DNA of 64,000 bases from a virus (taxonomy: Duplodnaviria > Caudoviricetes), in the IMG/VR virus record IMGVR_UViG_3300009161_000021; one strand, given 5' to 3'. A program made the translations under genes and the position numbers. Within the stretch, counting starts at the first letter, position 1. Each line of letters starts with the position of its first letter. Positions 61,572 through 64,000 of the stretch are shown piece after piece. Under the pieces are notes generated by a model. That model searched no databases. It was not told the origin of the DNA and worked only from the letters and a program-made list of their open reading frames with translations.

Positions 61572-63895
61572 TACCAGTCCATCTTGATTCTAAAGAGATA
61601 GCGATCCTCACTTCTCTTGATGATCGGCTGGGCAAGCGAAACTCTTGCGACCACGTTCAGGTTGTCATCGTGAAGGTTAACTCCCGTGATGATGACGGGA
61701 CCCACCGACCTCTCGTCGGGATCATCGCTTGCCGTGAGAGGCATGAAAGTTGGGTTCGAGCTTGAGTTGATCTGGCCTGCGGGGCAAGGAACGGTGATCT
61801 CCATCACGTGAACGGTCCGCTCGCCCCTCATTGAAATTTCGAACTGATCCTTTCCGAACATGAATATCAGAGGAGATTTAACGACAGCGATTCCCTCATC
61901 GTAAAGAACGGTCCCCAGCGCAGCCCATTTGGCGTGCGGTGTGAGAGCATCAGCCCGGTGCAGGCCTCCCCTGCCGTTGTCCTGTAGGGTCATTCTTACG
62001 GTGCCAGCCGAACCTGTCATCGAGCTGTCGATAATCTCGAGACTTGTCGGGTGTATCCTACCTCCGTAGAAGAGGTTGCTTGTGTCAAAGAACACCACAG
62101 AGTTGGATGAGTTGTCCCTTTGACGTTGGAATATCGTAAGAACGTCGCCAACCTGACTTCCGCTTGCGAGTGAGTCCGGTCCTACACCCTCTATCTCATT
62201 CGATATGGAGGAGGGAAGGTCATCACCGGATGCGATGAGACCAGGATAAAGAGATGACGTGGGAATGAGATTGTTGAGGCTCACCATCGAGAGATCAAGA
62301 TTTCCAAAATCGTTGACGTACTTCGAGAGAGGAGAGTTCTCAAGTGGATGGCTGCTGACCGTCCCTGAAACGAGCAGGCTATAGTTCGGTTTCGTCAATC
62401 CGTTGTCGCAGGGGAGAACTGTCAAGTTTCTCTTGATAAACGATCCAGTCGCGTAGAGAAGTGTGTTTGCCTCTTCGAAATCAGTTACGTTCCAAGTGAT
62501 CTCAGATCCTGTTAGATTATAGAGAACTGGATAACGACCCTGCACGAACTCACGGACAAAATTATCAACGTTGACCTCATGACCTCCGACCCCAAAGGAC
62601 ATCGAGACGTTGTGGGCGTCCATCGTTGAAAGAGTTGTGGTCTGAAACGGGGTCAGAAACACGTCACGGGTGGGTGACTGCTTCGTAAAAAGAACCGGGA
62701 GATGGAAAAGAAGACCCGTTAACGATCCGGATCCGATTCCGTTCGACTTGTAGGACGAGATCTCATCGTCATTTAGAGCTTTGCTCCAAATTCTCATCTC
62801 GTGCGTCTCAGCTCTTAGCGGGAAGTCAAGGTTAAACCGCGGAAGCGGGCCGACGACAGGGTCGTGCGGGAAGAAATTAAACGTTCCACTGCTCCCCAGA
62901 TTGGGACCGGTGAAGAAATTACCAACAAAGAGAGCATCCTGATCTTGGCGATCCGTGTCCCCAGAGCCCGTGAAGATAGGGGCTATTGACGAGCTTGGAA
63001 TCTCGAAAAGTCCCCTCTCAACTCCATCGATCACAAACGATCCAGTTCCGTTATCGTAAGTTGGTGACCACCTAACCGCGATGTGGTGCCAGTTGTTCAG
63101 GCTCAGGCAGTTATCATCAGAGAAAAATGTATAGCTTCCGCTCACCGCAGCGTCCGGTCTCACCTCTGCGGATGACGAAAGCTGGAGCATCAAACGAAAC
63201 TTGTCAGCAACACCGTTCGCATCGAGCGAAGATCCAGAGCAAAGTGATAAAGCAAAAGTCGAAGACAGGTGGTAGATTGTTCCCGGCCTGAATCCTTGGC
63301 CCGCTGTCAAGCTTTGATAACGTGGATTAAGGTAGCACTCGAGCGTGAATCCGCTGTCAGGAGTGTAGGGTCCCCGAGTTCCTGACGTCACACTATTATC
63401 GTAGATTATCGCAGACCCGGTGGGAACGCTCGATGCTGTGAAAAAATTCAAGCATTGATAGTTCGTAAACGACCAATGGGCAAACGAATTCTTAACCCTG
63501 TAGTATGGGAACAGAGTCTGGCGTATGTTCGACTTTCGAAGAAAATCCGAGTTAAGAGAGAACGGAGGTTCGAATCTAAGCGACTCCATTTTCTTGTCAC
63601 GAGAAGTGGATCTGGTGAGTGAGTTGACCCCGGAAAGATAGCTCGTGAGCTGCGAGTATAGATTCGTCGATCCTGTGGCAGCCAAAGCTGTGACCCTGAT
63701 CGATTCAGGATCGTCAGAGGTGAAAGCGGTGTCCGTGAAGACGGGCTTTTCTATGTCTTTCTCTATCTGCGATGATCTAGCGAAAACTGGAACGGATCCT
63801 GTAACGCCTGCAGAGCTCGACAAGAACGTTCTTCTCGGTCTCGCAATAACCGAGAAGCGTTCAAAATTGTCACGACCTAGCTTTATGATCGACAA
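61571..63895 (-). CDS. LamG/concanavalin A-like domain virion (tail/baseplate) protein
   Basis: FTLECYLNP, LNNWHHIAVRW, FVIDG, HEMRIWSKALNDDEI (LamG pattern); C-terminal NLNVVARVSLAQPIIKR..YLFRIKMDW. Confidence 0.7.
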   Translation of the reverse strand: MSIIKLGRDNFERFSVIARPRRTFLSSSAGVTGSVPVFARSSQIEKDIEKPVFTDTAFTSDDPESIRVTALAATGSTNLYSQLTSYLSGVNSLTRSTSRDKKMESLRFEPPFSLNSDFLRKSNIRQTLFPYYRVKNSFAHWSFTNYQCLNFFTASSVPTGSAIIYDNSVTSGTRGPYTPDSGFTLECYLNPRYQSLTAGQGFRPGTIYHLSSTFALSLCSGSSLDANGVADKFRLMLQLSSSAEVRPDAAVSGSYTFFSDDNCLSLNNWHHIAVRWSPTYDNGTGSFVIDGVERGLFEIPSSSIAPIFTGSGDTDRQDQDALFVGNFFTGPNLGSSGTFNFFPHDPVVGPLPRFNLDFPLRAETHEMRIWSKALNDDEISSYKSNGIGSGSLTGLLFHLPVLFTKQSPTRDVFLTPFQTTTLSTMDAHNVSMSFGVGGHEVNVDNFVREFVQGRYPVLYNLTGSEITWNVTDFEEANTLLYATGSFIKRNLTVLPCDNGLTKPNYSLLVSGTVSSHPLENSPLSKYVNDFGNLDLSMVSLNNLIPTSSLYPGLIASGDDLPSSISNEIEGVGPDSLASGSQVGDVLTIFQRQRDNSSNSVVFFDTSNLFYGGRIHPTSLEIIDSSMTGSAGTVRMTLQDNGRGGLHRADALTPHAKWAALGTVLYDEGIAVVKSPLIFMFGKDQFEISMRGERTVHVMEITVPCPAGQINSSSNPTFMPLTASDDPDERSVGPVIITGVNLHDDNLNVVARVSLAQPIIKRSEDRYLFRIKMDW

Positions 63896-63904
63896 CGGTC
63901 CTCC

Positions 63905-64000
63905 TTAGAAGTCTAGGCGGACCCTTACCGTCAGATCCTTCTCATCATTCTTCTCTATCGGACGAGAAAGCTTTGCAACCGCCAGCAGGTTGTCGTTCGC
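63905..64000 (-). CDS. C-terminal fragment of a virion protein sharing the terminal domain of 61571..63895
   Basis: Manual translation ...ANDNLLAVAKLSRPIEKNDEKDLTVRVRLDF*, running in from the window end. Confidence 0.7.
   Translation of the reverse strand, partial: ANDNLLAVAKLSRPIEKNDEKDLTVRVRLDF

Noticed and set aside
1-64000. Alternative genetic code (stop-codon reassignment seen in some jumbo phages)
   Set aside because: Core genes are full length under the standard code, and TAA, TAG and TGA all end genes.
1-64000. tRNA genes, CRISPR arrays, and further inteins or introns in terminase, helicase or recA
   Set aside because: No cloverleaf or repeat-spacer pattern was seen in the short intergenic gaps, and those proteins have normal lengths without Hint motifs. 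A tRNAscan/Infernal run would be needed to exclude them fully.

Overview
This is a 64-kb segment of a large tailed dsDNA bacteriophage, a T4-like contractile-tailed (myovirus) jumbo-phage type. Essentially every real gene is on the minus strand, and the standard genetic code works throughout. In window order the modules are: (1) accessory and nucleotide-metabolism genes: two tandem LRV/HEAT-repeat-family paralogues, an MBD4-like DNA glycosylase, ThyX, type II glutamine synthetase, ClpP, and class II RNR NrdJ with an HNH-bearing intein; (2) replication/recombination: DnaB-like helicase, 5'-3' exonuclease, RecA, gp32-like SSB with a structured leader, a degenerate HD protein and a minimal family A polymerase; (3) baseplate, tape measure, a tail chaperone with a candidate programmed frameshift, a free-standing HNH endonuclease, tail tube, two tandem ~1000-aa sheath paralogues, and tail completion and neck genes; (4) a head module (major capsid, scaffold, prohead protease, portal, terminase) interrupted by peptidoglycan-binding/LysM proteins and two nucleotidyltransferase genes; (5) an SbcD-SbcC fusion, primase, RuvC-like resolvase and LamG-domain tail proteins. 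Most notable: a short helical motif (roughly E-S/A-x-L-R-x-L/I-I-x-E, often ending at a likely prohead-protease Glu site) is shared by about ten unrelated proteins, suggesting a capsid-cargo targeting system. Its putative cargo includes an RNA-ligase-like/HxGH nucleotidyltransferase fusion and a Pol-beta-type nucleotidyltransferase. A recurrent late-promoter-like motif ATANTTA precedes many genes. Product calls come from recalled family motifs, not database searches. No tRNA or CRISPR array was seen.
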